Positions 31,370 through 42,300 of a stretch of 64,000 nucleotides of DNA are shown piece after piece. The first letter of the stretch is position 1. Every line of letters starts with the position of its first letter. The DNA lies in assembly GCA_964371555.1 (NCBI GenBank), contig CAYJMQ010000004.1, positions 1,380-65,379 on the forward strand, given 5' to 3'. Below the pieces are notes generated by a model. It was given only the letters and a program-made list of their open reading frames with translations. It ran no database searches and was not told the origin of the DNA. The DNA is from an uncultured bacterium. GTDB lineage: Bacteria; Bdellovibrionota; JACOXK01; 2-02-FULL-40-11. The position numbers and the translations under genes are program-made.

Positions 31370-32680
31370 TTAGAAATTGTATTGCGCGCGAAGGAGGACG
31401 AGAGACTCGTAGTCTTCTGATTCACTCCCCACGGGAACCTGTTCATCCAGATCTGTAAACTCATAATTGAGCATCAATCGGGTATGTTTGTTTGGCCACC
31501 AATTGAGCGCTGCGGTGGCAGCCTTGGCGCTGTTTGAACCTGTGAGGAAACCCGCCTGAAATGGAGCTTCATTGACTAAAAACTGTTCAACACGAACCAC
31601 AATTTCCCATGCCCCACTCCCCTCCTCTTTCCAGGAAAACTTCTTATTGGGCACGATCCAGCGATCCTTCGGTTTTCTCTCCCCGGTCAAAAGATAGCTG
31701 ATTGAGAGATACCAAGCATCTGTCTTGACATCTTCTTTCCGTCCAGACCGATCAACGTTATCAAATCTTGCGCTCACATATTCCGACTTAATATCCCCCG
31801 GCCCAAAAATCCATTGCAGCTCAGCCCCATATCTTCGTCTCTGATCTGCATGACGTGTTGCAGCGCCGTAAGTTGCAAAACGATTCCCACCGACGGTTGA
31901 GAAACCGGTGGCGGCAAGATCTTCTCTCGATCGACCGATTGTAAAAGAGCCCCCAATATAAAACTCTTTCCACGTTTCATTTCCAGATCTCTTAAAAGGG
32001 GCAAAAATCAAACGGGTTGCTCCATCAAAGGCGTCGTTATTGTCCTCAAGGGTTCTGGAACGTCCGTTAAATGCCCCGACAGCATATTCCAATAGCCCCT
32101 GGAATGGATTTCCAAAGATCATAAAGCCGATATCTTCCGCAGCTTCAATATTTTGAACGCCGATACTCTTTTCAATAAGATCGGTCCAGAGAGAAGAATA
32201 TTGACTTTCAAGACTAAAGGGGACTTTAAACTGACCAAGCCTCATTCTGAAATCAGAGAAATATTTGTATTGCAGCCACGCCTCCTGAAGGTTTGCCGAT
32301 GCCCCCGCAAACTGAGGGAAGAGACGATATTCAAAGTGATCTTCAAGAATACCCCGGATATCGAGCCTGGCACGACGGTTTCGAAACCGCGTATTCCCTT
32401 CATTCCCATGATTAAAGACATTGAGATCCCCCTGATACCACCCCCCGATTTTCAATGTGTCGTCTTTCCCCTTGAGATAGAATCCGTCGTCATAGATCGT
32501 TCGAAGCGATTCTTCGGTGTCCCCATTTGCTCTTTCATAAAGCCGGAATTCTTCAATCGTCTCCCAGATAATCTTTTTCAAAGACTCCTGATCGTCTGGC
32601 ATTTTTGATTCCTCGGAATAACTGGCAGACAAAGAAATAAAAAAAAAGAGGCCTGTGATAACCTGAAATAGTTTTTTCAT
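31370..32680 (-). CDS. Outer-membrane beta-barrel porin-like protein (possibly phosphate-selective porin O/P family)
   Basis: It has a signal peptide. It is 436 aa. The C-terminus ...LLRAQYNF ends in Phe. The size and strand pattern resemble OprO/P. The family call is tentative. Confidence 0.4.
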   Translation of the reverse strand: MKKLFQVITGLFFFISLSASYSEESKMPDDQESLKKIIWETIEEFRLYERANGDTEESLRTIYDDGFYLKGKDDTLKIGGWYQGDLNVFNHGNEGNTRFRNRRARLDIRGILEDHFEYRLFPQFAGASANLQEAWLQYKYFSDFRMRLGQFKVPFSLESQYSSLWTDLIEKSIGVQNIEAAEDIGFMIFGNPFQGLLEYAVGAFNGRSRTLEDNNDAFDGATRLIFAPFKRSGNETWKEFYIGGSFTIGRSREDLAATGFSTVGGNRFATYGAATRHADQRRRYGAELQWIFGPGDIKSEYVSARFDNVDRSGRKEDVKTDAWYLSISYLLTGERKPKDRWIVPNKKFSWKEEGSGAWEIVVRVEQFLVNEAPFQAGFLTGSNSAKAATAALNWWPNKHTRLMLNYEFTDLDEQVPVGSESEDYESLVLLRAQYNF

Positions 32681-34014
32681 AAAGCAACCAATTTTTCACC
32701 TTCACGCGCAGAGGGAATCAGAAAAATTTCCTCATTCAGGGATTTCCTTATGGAGGGTTTATCTGACAAAAGTTTGCCCGTGCCAATGACTATCGATACA
32801 TAATTTCGACTTAATGCCTTCACTTCTTTCTCTTCTATGCCATCCCCTGGGCCATCCCCTGGGTTTTTTTCTACAAGAGCAGACAGTTTTTTCCCAACTT
32901 GATTTTCCAAAAAGGCGATATGGCGCCGCTGACTCATCTCTCGAAGCCTCTCTGCCCGCCTTCCAATTTCTGATCTCTTCACCTGCTCAGGGAATCTTAC
33001 AGCCGAAGTCCCCTCTCGGCTGGAGTATGGAAACACGTGGAGCTTGCTCCAGGGGATAGACTCGAGGAAATGACAGCTGTTGTGAAATCTCTCTTCAGTT
33101 TCATACGGAAAACCGCAGATCAGATCGATACCAATAAAAACATCTTTAAAATCGTTCGAAATTTTTCTGATCAGCTTTTCATAATAAGAAACCGAATAAT
33201 TTCTTTTCATCTTCTCCAAAATGAAGTCATCACCCGACTGAAGCGGCAGATGAAAATGGGGACAAAAGATGACGGAATCTCTAAGAACAGATAGCAGTTC
33301 ATCACTCACATCTTCCGGCTCGAGCGAGCTGATCCGGAGTCGAAGAAGCTTTGTTTCATTTTCAATTCGTCGGACCAACGCCGCCAGAGTAACTTTGGGC
33401 GAAAGATCGGCTCCGTAAGAACCTAAAGAGACCCCCGTCAGAACCACCTCTTTGACATCGGCATCGATAAGCGTTCGAATCTGGTCGATAACTCGATCTG
33501 GCGCAAGACTCCTGCTCTTCCCCCTTGCATAAGGAATCACACAAAAGGTGCAGAAATCGTTGCAGCCATCCTGAATCTTTAGAAAAAAACGGGTGCGTTC
33601 AGCCGGTTTTTGAACGGGAGAATGCTGAAATTCGATATTTTTAAACGCATTTTGGACCCAAAGCTTTGGTTGAATCAAAAATCGATGTTCATTTAAAATT
33701 TCGGGGATCTTGTGTTTCAGGGTATTCCCAACGATAAAATCGATCCCTTCCATCTTTGCCCATTCCTGAAATCTCGTCTGGGCAGAACATCCGGTGATGA
33801 CAATGGCGGCATTCGGATTTTTCTTTTTAAAACGTCGAATCGCCTGTTTTGCTTCCTGATCCGCTTTTTCAGTCACCGTGCAGCTATTGACAATATAAAT
33901 ATCGGCAACGTCATCCGTAGAGACAGATTCAAATTCAGAGAGGCTCGATTTGAGCATTTCACTATCTGAATAATTCACCTTGCAGCCAAATGTCTCAACC
34001 GCAACCCGCTTCAA
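32677..34014 (-). CDS. Radical-SAM methylthiotransferase of the MiaB/RimO/MtaB family (MtaB-like)
   Basis: MKRVAVETFGCKVNYSDSE is the UPF0004 domain. The radical-SAM cluster is CNDFCTFCVIP. It is 445 aa with a short C-terminus. It overlaps the mnmA stop by 4 nt. Confidence 0.7.
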   Translation of the reverse strand: MKRVAVETFGCKVNYSDSEMLKSSLSEFESVSTDDVADIYIVNSCTVTEKADQEAKQAIRRFKKKNPNAAIVITGCSAQTRFQEWAKMEGIDFIVGNTLKHKIPEILNEHRFLIQPKLWVQNAFKNIEFQHSPVQKPAERTRFFLKIQDGCNDFCTFCVIPYARGKSRSLAPDRVIDQIRTLIDADVKEVVLTGVSLGSYGADLSPKVTLAALVRRIENETKLLRLRISSLEPEDVSDELLSVLRDSVIFCPHFHLPLQSGDDFILEKMKRNYSVSYYEKLIRKISNDFKDVFIGIDLICGFPYETEERFHNSCHFLESIPWSKLHVFPYSSREGTSAVRFPEQVKRSEIGRRAERLREMSQRRHIAFLENQVGKKLSALVEKNPGDGPGDGIEEKEVKALSRNYVSIVIGTGKLLSDKPSIRKSLNEEIFLIPSAREGEKLVAL

Positions 34015-35117
34015 CGGATCCCCCTTTCGATAAATCCCCCCCCCAACAGACGCTCCTTCTCATAAAAAACCACAGCCTGTCCCGGGGTGACGGCCCGCTG
34101 GGGAGTTAAAAATGTCAGCTGAATTTGAGAAGGAGACTCATTATAGGAAGCATCCAATTCAGCCTCAATCTCGAAAACACTGTGTCGAATGCGGGTTGTT
34201 ACCTCATTTGATTTCGGCATGGAAAGCCAATTTATCTGTTTTGCGATGAGACCACGAAATTGCAAATCCTTTCTCTCACCTACCGTTACTGTATTTGTTC
34301 TTGAATCAATATCGATCACATAGAGTGGTTCTTTGGGGGATGGTCCAAAAGCTCCAATTCCCTTCCTCTGCCCCACCGTAAATCGGAATGCCCCGTCATG
34401 TTCGCCCAAAATTTCCCCTTTTTGATCAACAATGGAGCCAGAATATTTGCCGGCACCGCCATTTAGTTTTCCTTCAATGAAAGAGGCATAATTGTTATTC
34501 GGGATAAAACAGATCTCCATACTTTCGGGCTTATCCGCATTGGGGAGATTTGCCCGTTTTGCGATATCGCGCACTTCAGATTTGGTCAGTCCCCCCAATG
34601 GAAAAAGGAGATAGGAGAGCTCTTTTTTGGGCAAACCAAAAAGAAAATAGCTCTGATCTTTTTTGCGATCTTTGGCTTTTAACACCTCGTACTCTGAAGT
34701 TTCACGATTATGATGAATGCGCGCGTAATGCCCTGTTGCCAAATAGTCGGCCTTGAGCTCTTTTGCCTTCATCAGGAGATTTTTGAATTTTACCTCTTCA
34801 TTGCATTTCACACAGGGATTCGGTGTGCGCGCGTTAAGATATTCGCCAACAAAATAGTCGACCACTTTTTCTTTGAAAACTTTTTCAAAGTTTAAAACAT
34901 AATAAGGGATATCTAAAATCTGTGACACACGGCGGGCTTGATCGACCTCTTTCAAAGAGCAGCAGCTGTCGAAGCGATCATCCGAGTCAGAGTGGTCATA
35001 AAGCTGCATTGAAACCCCGATGACTTCGTATCCATCTTCTTTAAGAATCGCAGCCGCTGTCGACGAATCGACCCCGCCTGAGAGCGCCACAACCACTCTT
35101 TTTTTCTTTACTGACAT
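34011..35117 (-). CDS. mnmA: tRNA-specific 2-thiouridylase MnmA
   Basis: The PP-loop is VVVALSGGVDSS. Catalytic-Cys regions are present. The ORF-track start overlaps iscS by 55 nt. The internal MSVKKKRVVVAL at 35117 is the likely start. Confidence 0.85.
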   Translation of the reverse strand: MSVKKKRVVVALSGGVDSSTAAAILKEDGYEVIGVSMQLYDHSDSDDRFDSCCSLKEVDQARRVSQILDIPYYVLNFEKVFKEKVVDYFVGEYLNARTPNPCVKCNEEVKFKNLLMKAKELKADYLATGHYARIHHNRETSEYEVLKAKDRKKDQSYFLFGLPKKELSYLLFPLGGLTKSEVRDIAKRANLPNADKPESMEICFIPNNNYASFIEGKLNGGAGKYSGSIVDQKGEILGEHDGAFRFTVGQRKGIGAFGPSPKEPLYVIDIDSRTNTVTVGERKDLQFRGLIAKQINWLSMPKSNEVTTRIRHSVFEIEAELDASYNESPSQIQLTFLTPQRAVTPGQAVVFYEKERLLGGGFIERGIR

Positions 35118-36265
35118 GCCCTGTTCATCCTTCGAAGGTCTGAGACAATTTCGGGCAGACACCGAATGACTGTTTCAATATCCTCCTCTTTTGTTTGATA
35201 CCCCAGACTAAAACGAACAGAGCTAAGGGCCAATTCCTCCGAAACCCCCATTGCCAAAAGCACATGTGAAGGATCAAGCAATCCGCTCGAGCAGGCGGAG
35301 CCAGATGAGGCGGCAATCCCCTGAAGATCGAGATTGAGAAGCAGCCCCTCCCCATCGAGTCCGTCAAAGCTTACATTCAATGTGTTTGGAACACGCGCCG
35401 CCCCCAAACCATTGACATAAGCCCCTGATATGCAGCTCACTATCCCCTCCTCCAGGGCATTCCTCAATTTTTCTATTCGCTTCATATCGAAAAAATTTTC
35501 CTCTTCAATCTGCTGGCAGGCAGCGCCGAATCCAACGATAGCTGGAACATTCTCTGTCCCCCCCCGTCTTTTTCTCTCCTGATTTCCACCATGAATCAAT
35601 GCATCAAGCTTCATCCCGCCCCGAATAATAAGCGCTCCCGCCCCTTTTGGACCATAGATCTTATGGCTTGAGAGAGAGACAAGATCAGCAGGAATCTCAT
35701 CAAAGTAAAAGGGCATTTTCCCGGCAAGCTGCACAGCGTCGGTATGAAATACAATCTGCCGCTCTTTTAAAAGAGCGGCAATTTTCTTTATCGGCATGAT
35801 CGCCCCGGTCTCATTATTTGCAGCCTGAACAGAAACAAGAATCGTATCTTTGCGAATGGCGTTTTTAAGTTCATCCAAATTGATTTCACCCCTGGCATTG
35901 ACAGAAAGATAAGTCACCTCTGCTCCGTATGTTTTCAAATAGTGAAGACACTCCAGAATCGATTTGTGTTCCACTTTTGTCGAAATAATATGACGCCCTT
36001 TCTTCTGAAATTTAAAATAAACCCCTTTTAGCGCCAGATTATTCGCTTCTGTGCCGCCACTCACAAAAATAACTTCTTGAGGATCAACGTGAAAAAGGCT
36101 GGCGACTTTTTCACGTGAAATCATCACCCCCTCTTTTGCCTCGCGCCCCGCCCAATGAATACTCGATGGATTTCCATAAGATGCTTTCAGATACGGAACC
36201 ATCGCTTCATAGACGGCGGGTTTCAGCGGGGTTGTTGCGTTGTAATCGAGATAGATTCGTGACAT
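35108..36265 (-). CDS. iscS: Cysteine desulfurase (IscS/NifS class)
   Basis: MSRIYLDYNATTP. The PLP-Lys region is SLSSHKIYGPKG. The active-site region is SSGSACSSG. It is 385 aa. Confidence 0.85.
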   Translation of the reverse strand: MSRIYLDYNATTPLKPAVYEAMVPYLKASYGNPSSIHWAGREAKEGVMISREKVASLFHVDPQEVIFVSGGTEANNLALKGVYFKFQKKGRHIISTKVEHKSILECLHYLKTYGAEVTYLSVNARGEINLDELKNAIRKDTILVSVQAANNETGAIMPIKKIAALLKERQIVFHTDAVQLAGKMPFYFDEIPADLVSLSSHKIYGPKGAGALIIRGGMKLDALIHGGNQERKRRGGTENVPAIVGFGAACQQIEEENFFDMKRIEKLRNALEEGIVSCISGAYVNGLGAARVPNTLNVSFDGLDGEGLLLNLDLQGIAASSGSACSSGLLDPSHVLLAMGVSEELALSSVRFSLGYQTKEEDIETVIRCLPEIVSDLRRMNRACQ

Positions 36266-36357
36266 CTGCTTTTCTCCGGGACGTGTCCCTTCGGGATCAA
36301 ATTGTACGAAGTAACATTTCTTCCCGCGTCAGTCAACGGAGAGGGAACAATGACCTC

Positions 36358-37599
36358 TTAAAACGAATAACGAGCTTCCAAAATAGTGCTGTTTTTTCCA
36401 TCCAGATGTTCCGGATGTAGAAGTCCTTCCAAGGTGAAACGCATATTCGGACTCGGTTGGGCAACGAAACTAATGACATAACGACTAAAATCTTGAAAAT
36501 CGCTTTCATGGTAATTAAATTCTTCGTAACGAAAGACAGGAGTCAACCATGCCCAAAAAAACTGATTATAAAGAAGCTCGATGGCAAAACTGTTTGTATT
36601 GAGCTTTCTTCCAAGTGCGTCCATGTTGCCATCTCTGCCTGCCTGGAAAAGCCCGCTCAATTCAAACGAGTGGTATTCAACACCTATATCTCCCCCCACG
36701 CGAAAAAAACTGTTTCTAAAAGCGGCATTATCGGTCGTATAGTTCGACCTCCCAAAATAACCGAAGCCCCCCGCACGTAACCCCTCGCTCATATCCCCTT
36801 CCCCATTAAAATGCATGCCGACCGGCTTCCAAAGAAGCCTCGCATAGTAATCTTTTTGTGATCCGATGTCATTCAAATTGCCACTGCCATTGACCACCGC
36901 GGCCGAATAAGAAAGCCGATCCGCTACAATACCGTTGAGCTCTGCGCCAAGCTGGCTATTTCTCATTCTGAATGCTGAGGGAGAAAGATTGGGACCAGCC
37001 GTTACAACGCGTGTGTCGCTATAAAGATAGTTTCTCAGCATTAATCTTCTGTGAGCAGAAAAGGCATTGGTGGCTGGTTCAAAATAACCGAGCTGAAGAT
37101 TGAATGCGTTTTTGGGCAAGCGCGCGCCGAAAAGATCATAAATCCCCAAAAACATTCGCGAAAAAGGGGTGCCGGGAAAGGTACCTTCATCAATGGCTGT
37201 AAAATCTGCCCAAAATGAAAAGGTTTCTCCCAGACTATCACCATAAAAAAATTCGAGTTCATGAAGCTCAAACGTAAAACGACTGTCCTCCACTCTTTGT
37301 GCCCTCAGATGTCCCACTCCGCCCGCGGGGAAAATAGCAGCGACCTTAGACGGCCACTCCCCCCCCAAAGGAATCTGCTTGATCTTTGCCATCTCCTCAT
37401 CCCCTTTTGGAAATCGATAGCCATGAAGACGAAATGACTCGCCATAAGCATTAAGTTTGGGATAAGCGGTGTGACAAAGATTACAGCTTGTTCCATATTT
37501 TCGCGCAAAATAAGGCATTCCAAATGATAAGGACGGCAACAATATGAGACCGACAACAAAGATTGTGGTACGCATTTTTCTCCCCCTTTTGTAGTTCAT
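36358..37599 (-). CDS. Outer-membrane beta-barrel protein with an N-terminal CxxCH haem-binding motif
   Basis: It has a signal peptide. The mature N-terminus carries SCNLCHTAYPKLN (C-x-x-C-H). The rest has amphipathic beta-strand patterning. The C-terminus ...ILEARYSF ends in Phe. Confidence 0.45.
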   Translation of the reverse strand: MNYKRGRKMRTTIFVVGLILLPSLSFGMPYFARKYGTSCNLCHTAYPKLNAYGESFRLHGYRFPKGDEEMAKIKQIPLGGEWPSKVAAIFPAGGVGHLRAQRVEDSRFTFELHELEFFYGDSLGETFSFWADFTAIDEGTFPGTPFSRMFLGIYDLFGARLPKNAFNLQLGYFEPATNAFSAHRRLMLRNYLYSDTRVVTAGPNLSPSAFRMRNSQLGAELNGIVADRLSYSAAVVNGSGNLNDIGSQKDYYARLLWKPVGMHFNGEGDMSEGLRAGGFGYFGRSNYTTDNAAFRNSFFRVGGDIGVEYHSFELSGLFQAGRDGNMDALGRKLNTNSFAIELLYNQFFWAWLTPVFRYEEFNYHESDFQDFSRYVISFVAQPSPNMRFTLEGLLHPEHLDGKNSTILEARYSF

Positions 37600-37627
37600 T
37601 TTAAAATAGTTTTTTGTCTAAGAATTC

Positions 37628-38902
37628 TCATCGTCCGACCATTGCCAGAATATCTGCTCGAGCAAGATGATAATTCTTTCGTAGTTCCGAATATCTTTTC
37701 TTATATTCGATATATTTTTGCGTTGCGCTAAGAACATCTGGAGAGTTTTTAACACCTCTCTTATATTCGCCCAGTGTTCGATCGAAATAAAGTTTCCCTA
37801 ACTTCAAGTTTTTCTCCCCAATATGAACAAGCTCGTGAATGACTTTTAATTCTGATTTCATTGCCTCAAAACGAGCTTCTAATTCTTTTTGACGTTGAAG
37901 AGAAAGACTCTCAAATGCCATGGCTTGAAGACCTGCGGCAGCGCCTTCTGCTTTAGATTGAAAACCATCAAAAATATCAAGAGTTACTTTAATCCCGCCA
38001 ACAGTTTCATATCGAGCATTCCGTGTGGCTGCTTCTCGTTCTCTCTGCGTATACAAAAAATACCCCGCATAACCATCAATACTGGGAGTCCACCAACGAT
38101 AAAATTGTTTTTTTTGAAATTCAAAAGCTTCTTGATTTGCTTTTAATTGTAAAATTTCTCGATGAGAATTAATTAAATCCGCCTTTAAAGCCAAAAGGCC
38201 CTCATCGTGCTGATGTGGAGCGGCATCAATAGTTTCAAGATTTGTCTCTGGAGACAATCCCAATACAGCGTTTAACTCACGTTGAAAATTAGAAGACATC
38301 AATTCAGCCTGTCTCAAGTCTTGTTCAAGTTGAATTTTATTGATTTCAAACTCAATTCTGTCTGTAAGGGTTGCTAAGCCTGCTTGAATACGTTTTTCAG
38401 AAGCTCCTTTATTTTTTTCATTAAGATCTAGCGCTTCTTTAAAAATGTTTTGTGTCTCTTTTTGGAAAACTAAATTCCAATAAATTCCTCTTGCCTTCGT
38501 TAATTCCTCAAAATATATTTTTTGCTGTTCCTGCTGAGAAGCATTCAACTGTTTTTCTCGGACAGATCCTTCTAATGAATCCCGCCCCCCTTTAAAAAGA
38601 TTTATTTTTGTCTCAATTCCTCCAAAGGGTTGTTGCCTGGTGTCGCCAAATTCCCCGGATTTGAATGATTCCCCTCCAACTGAAACACCTAACGTAGGAA
38701 GATAAGACCGCAAAAGATACCCTGTGCGAGCTTCTCCCGATTGAACTGAAAAAGTGGCTCCCTGAACACTTTTATTTTTTTCTTTTACAAGGCTTGGTAA
38801 ATCTTCAAAGTTAATTTTAAGAGCGGTGGTTCCCGTTCCTCTTGAAGGAACCACCGCAATTGTTAAAATAATAATTTTAATAAATGATTTTTTATTCAAC
38901 AT
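37628..38902 (-). CDS. Outer-membrane efflux factor (TolC/CzcC family)
   Basis: It has a signal peptide. It is 424 aa with a duplicated helical/beta architecture. It is the last gene of the RND operon. Confidence 0.65.
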   Translation of the reverse strand: MLNKKSFIKIIILTIAVVPSRGTGTTALKINFEDLPSLVKEKNKSVQGATFSVQSGEARTGYLLRSYLPTLGVSVGGESFKSGEFGDTRQQPFGGIETKINLFKGGRDSLEGSVREKQLNASQQEQQKIYFEELTKARGIYWNLVFQKETQNIFKEALDLNEKNKGASEKRIQAGLATLTDRIEFEINKIQLEQDLRQAELMSSNFQRELNAVLGLSPETNLETIDAAPHQHDEGLLALKADLINSHREILQLKANQEAFEFQKKQFYRWWTPSIDGYAGYFLYTQREREAATRNARYETVGGIKVTLDIFDGFQSKAEGAAAGLQAMAFESLSLQRQKELEARFEAMKSELKVIHELVHIGEKNLKLGKLYFDRTLGEYKRGVKNSPDVLSATQKYIEYKKRYSELRKNYHLARADILAMVGR

Positions 38903-38906
38903 ATTT

Positions 38907-39323
38907 TTAATTTTGAGGAGGCTCTACCTGAAAAGTAACTGTCTCCTTTTTGCCTTTATAATCTACGATAAGTTCTAAGAGATATCTATGGGTACCTTTG
39001 ATTTGAGGTTTTGCTTCAAAGTGATCGTTGACAATATCTAATTTAATCGTTTGTTTTTTCTTTTTTGGTATCTGCACGGCTGCCACAATAGAAATATCTT
39101 TAAGAGATATAGGAGAGAGTTTATGGGTTAAAGGGTAGAGCTTTATCCCGGATGAATCATTCACAAGCTCGATATAAAGCAGGGTTACCCCTTTCACTGT
39201 TCCTCCATGAGGAGCTTGAATGGCGCCAGGGAGAACATCGTGTCCTTCATGTGCTTGAACAAAATCCCAGGACGTTATTAATCCCAGGATGAAAAAAGTT
39301 AAAATAAGATATCGATATTTCAT
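38907..39323 (-). CDS. Small periplasmic His-containing protein (candidate metal-binding accessory protein)
   Basis: A 138-aa ORF with a signal peptide. The mature protein begins HEGHDVLPGAIQAPHGG. It is wedged between the RND pump and the OMF. It overlaps the pump stop by 4 nt. It resembles neither an MFP nor CusF by eye. Confidence 0.4.
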   Translation of the reverse strand: MKYRYLILTFFILGLITSWDFVQAHEGHDVLPGAIQAPHGGTVKGVTLLYIELVNDSSGIKLYPLTHKLSPISLKDISIVAAVQIPKKKKQTIKLDIVNDHFEAKPQIKGTHRYLLELIVDYKGKKETVTFQVEPPQN

Positions 39324-42300
39324 GTGTCATGACCTCCTTCGATAACAGGTTTTTGATAAGTTGCAGCTCTTTCAGCCGATTTTCTTCCAAAATGGAAGAA
39401 GACTGTTGGGGTTACAATCATATCCAAAAGAGTGGAGCTAAAAAGTCCCCCCACAATAACAACAGCAACCGGGTGCAAAATTTCTTTACCAGCTTGTCCT
39501 TTAGCCAGAACAAAAGGAATAAGCGCTAACATGGCTGTCAATGCTGTCATTAAGACAGGGACAAGTCGTTCAAGAGAACCTCGAATGACCATCTGTCTAG
39601 AAAAATTTTCACCTTCATGTTTCATGAGATGAAGATAATGAGAAATCATCATAATGCCATTTCGGCTGGCAATGCCGCAAAGCGTAATAAAGGCTACCAA
39701 TGTTGCTACGGACAAAATGCGAGAAGAAAGAAAAATAGCAATAAGGCTCCCAATTAAAGCCATGGGAATATTAAGCATAATTTGGATGGCAATAAAGCTG
39801 GATTTGAAATGTCCATACAAAACCAGAAATATACCTAAGAGAGAAAGGATGCCCAAAAAAGTAATGAGTTTTGAAGCTTTTTGCTGACTTTCAAATTGAC
39901 CTCCAAAATTAATAAAATAACCATCAGGTAATTTTATATTTTTGCTGATTTTAGATTTTATATCTTGAATTAAACTATCTAAGTCTCGACCGGATGCGTT
40001 GGCTTGAACCACGATTCTTCTTTGAACGTTTTCTCGATTGATAATATTTGGGCCTGTCGATTCATATACATCAGCTACCTCTTCCAAAGTTACCCGTGTA
40101 CCATCGGGCATAATTTTTATAAGTGTTTTTTTCATAAGTTCAATGTTAGAACGGGAACTGTCATCAAATCTCATAAATACATTAAAAAATCTTTGGTTCT
40201 CCAAAGTATAGGCTACAATTTCACCATGTAATGCCATCTCAAGCATCGATGCAAGACTACCCAGAACAATGCCATATTTGGCTGCTTCTTCTCTTAATAA
40301 CTGAATTTTTACTTGAGGGATGAGCACCTGTTGCTCTATTTGCAGGTCAACCAATCCCCGGGTACCTTCAATGGCCTTGTGAATTTCAGCTGCCTTGTTT
40401 CTTAATGTCGTTAGATCTGTTCCGAAAATCTTAATCGCAATTTGAGCACGAACCCCTGACAGCAAATGATCTAATCTGTGGGATATTGGCTGGCCAATAT
40501 TTACATAAATGCCAGAAATGGTGGTTAATTTTTCTCGAATGTCATTTAAAACAGCTTCTCGAGATCGATGAGATTTGGCCTTAAAATCGACATCGATTTC
40601 AGAATAATGGACACCTTCAGCATGTTCATCCATTTCTGCGCGTCCTGTTCTCCTGGCAACTGATTTCACCTCAGAAACACTTAAAATAAGTTGTTCAGCC
40701 TGGGTACCAATTTTATTACTTTCTTCAAGAGAAATACCCGGATTTGCTAAGACAGTAATGGTAGCTGTGCCTTCGTTGAATTTAGGCAAAAATTCTTTTC
40801 CCATAAATAAAATTAATGTCAATGAGGCAAGAAAGAGTATGCCTAACCCACCCATCACAATTTTGGGATGGTCTAGCCCCCAATTGAGAAATTTTTCATC
40901 CCAATATTTTAAAAAGCGCACAAACCATCCTTCATCTCGCTCCATGAGTTTGCCTTTGGTTAAAAGATAGGAACAAAGAGCAGGGGTTAGGGTTAAAGAT
41001 ACGATGAGAGAAGCTACTAAAGAAACACTATAAGCAATTCCTAATGGAATAAAAAGCCTTCCTTCTATTCCACTTAAATAAAAGAGAGGAAGAAAAACAA
41101 GAACAACAATAATGGTCGCAAAAACAATAGAGTTTCTTACTTCGGAAGAAGCATTATAAATAACTTCTAAAACGGGCAAAGGTTTTCCCAGTTTTTTATT
41201 TTCTCTAAGCCTGCGAAAAATATTTTCTACATCCACAATAGCATCATCTACCAATTCACCGATCGCAACAGCTAATCCGCCTAATGTCATCGTGTTTACC
41301 GTAATGCCAAAAAGTTTCATCACAATGGCAGTTATGACAAAAGAGAGAGGAATGGCTGTGAGGGTAATCATTGTTGTCCGAAAATTAAGTAAGAAAATAA
41401 AAAGTACGATGATGACAAGAATAGCGCCATCCCGCAGTGCTTCTTCGACATTATGAATGGCAGCTTCAATAAAGTGGGATTGCTTAAATAAGTCCTTTTC
41501 TAATTTAACATCGCTTGAAAATCCTTTTGCAATTTCATCGAGCGCTTTATCAATACGCTTTGTGAGCTCTACCGTATTTGCTCCAGGTTGTTTTTGAATA
41601 CTCAATATAACAGCCGGTTTGGCATTGACACTTCCATCTCCTCTTTTAATTTGAGCGCCAATTTTAACTTGAGCGACATCTTGAACAAGTTTTGGAACAC
41701 CAAAATGCAGCCCCACCACTGAATTAAGAATATCTTCTTCTGAACGAACCATTCCAATATTTCTTATTAGAAATTCTTTCTTCTCCTGATCAATAAATCC
41801 ACCGGTTGTATTTTGACTTAAATGGGTCAGCGAGTGTTCAATGTCTTCCAGGGTTAATTGAAAATTTTGAATTTTTTCCGCAGAAAGTAAAATTTGATAT
41901 TGCCGCACACCTCCTCCGATAGCAATCACTTGTGCAACACCGGGAATACTTAGAAGCCTTGGACGAATCACCCAATCTGCCAATGTTCTAAGTTCGAGAG
42001 GAGAAATTTCTCCTTTTTCAGAAATTAAACCAAGAAGCTGTATTTCCCCCATAATGGAAGCAATGGGCCCCATTACCGGGATTGCATTCTTTGGTAATTT
42101 TTCTTTTGCAAGTTGAAGTTTTTCAGATACAAGTTGTCTATTTCTATAAATATCCGTTCCCCAGTCAAACTCGACATAAACAACAGAAAGACCAATCCCG
42201 GAAGAAGAACGCACACGTTGAACACCTGGCAATCCATTTAAAACCGTTTCAAGTTGAAGAGTAACCAAAGTCTCTACTTCTTCAGGAGCCATCCCTGGCG

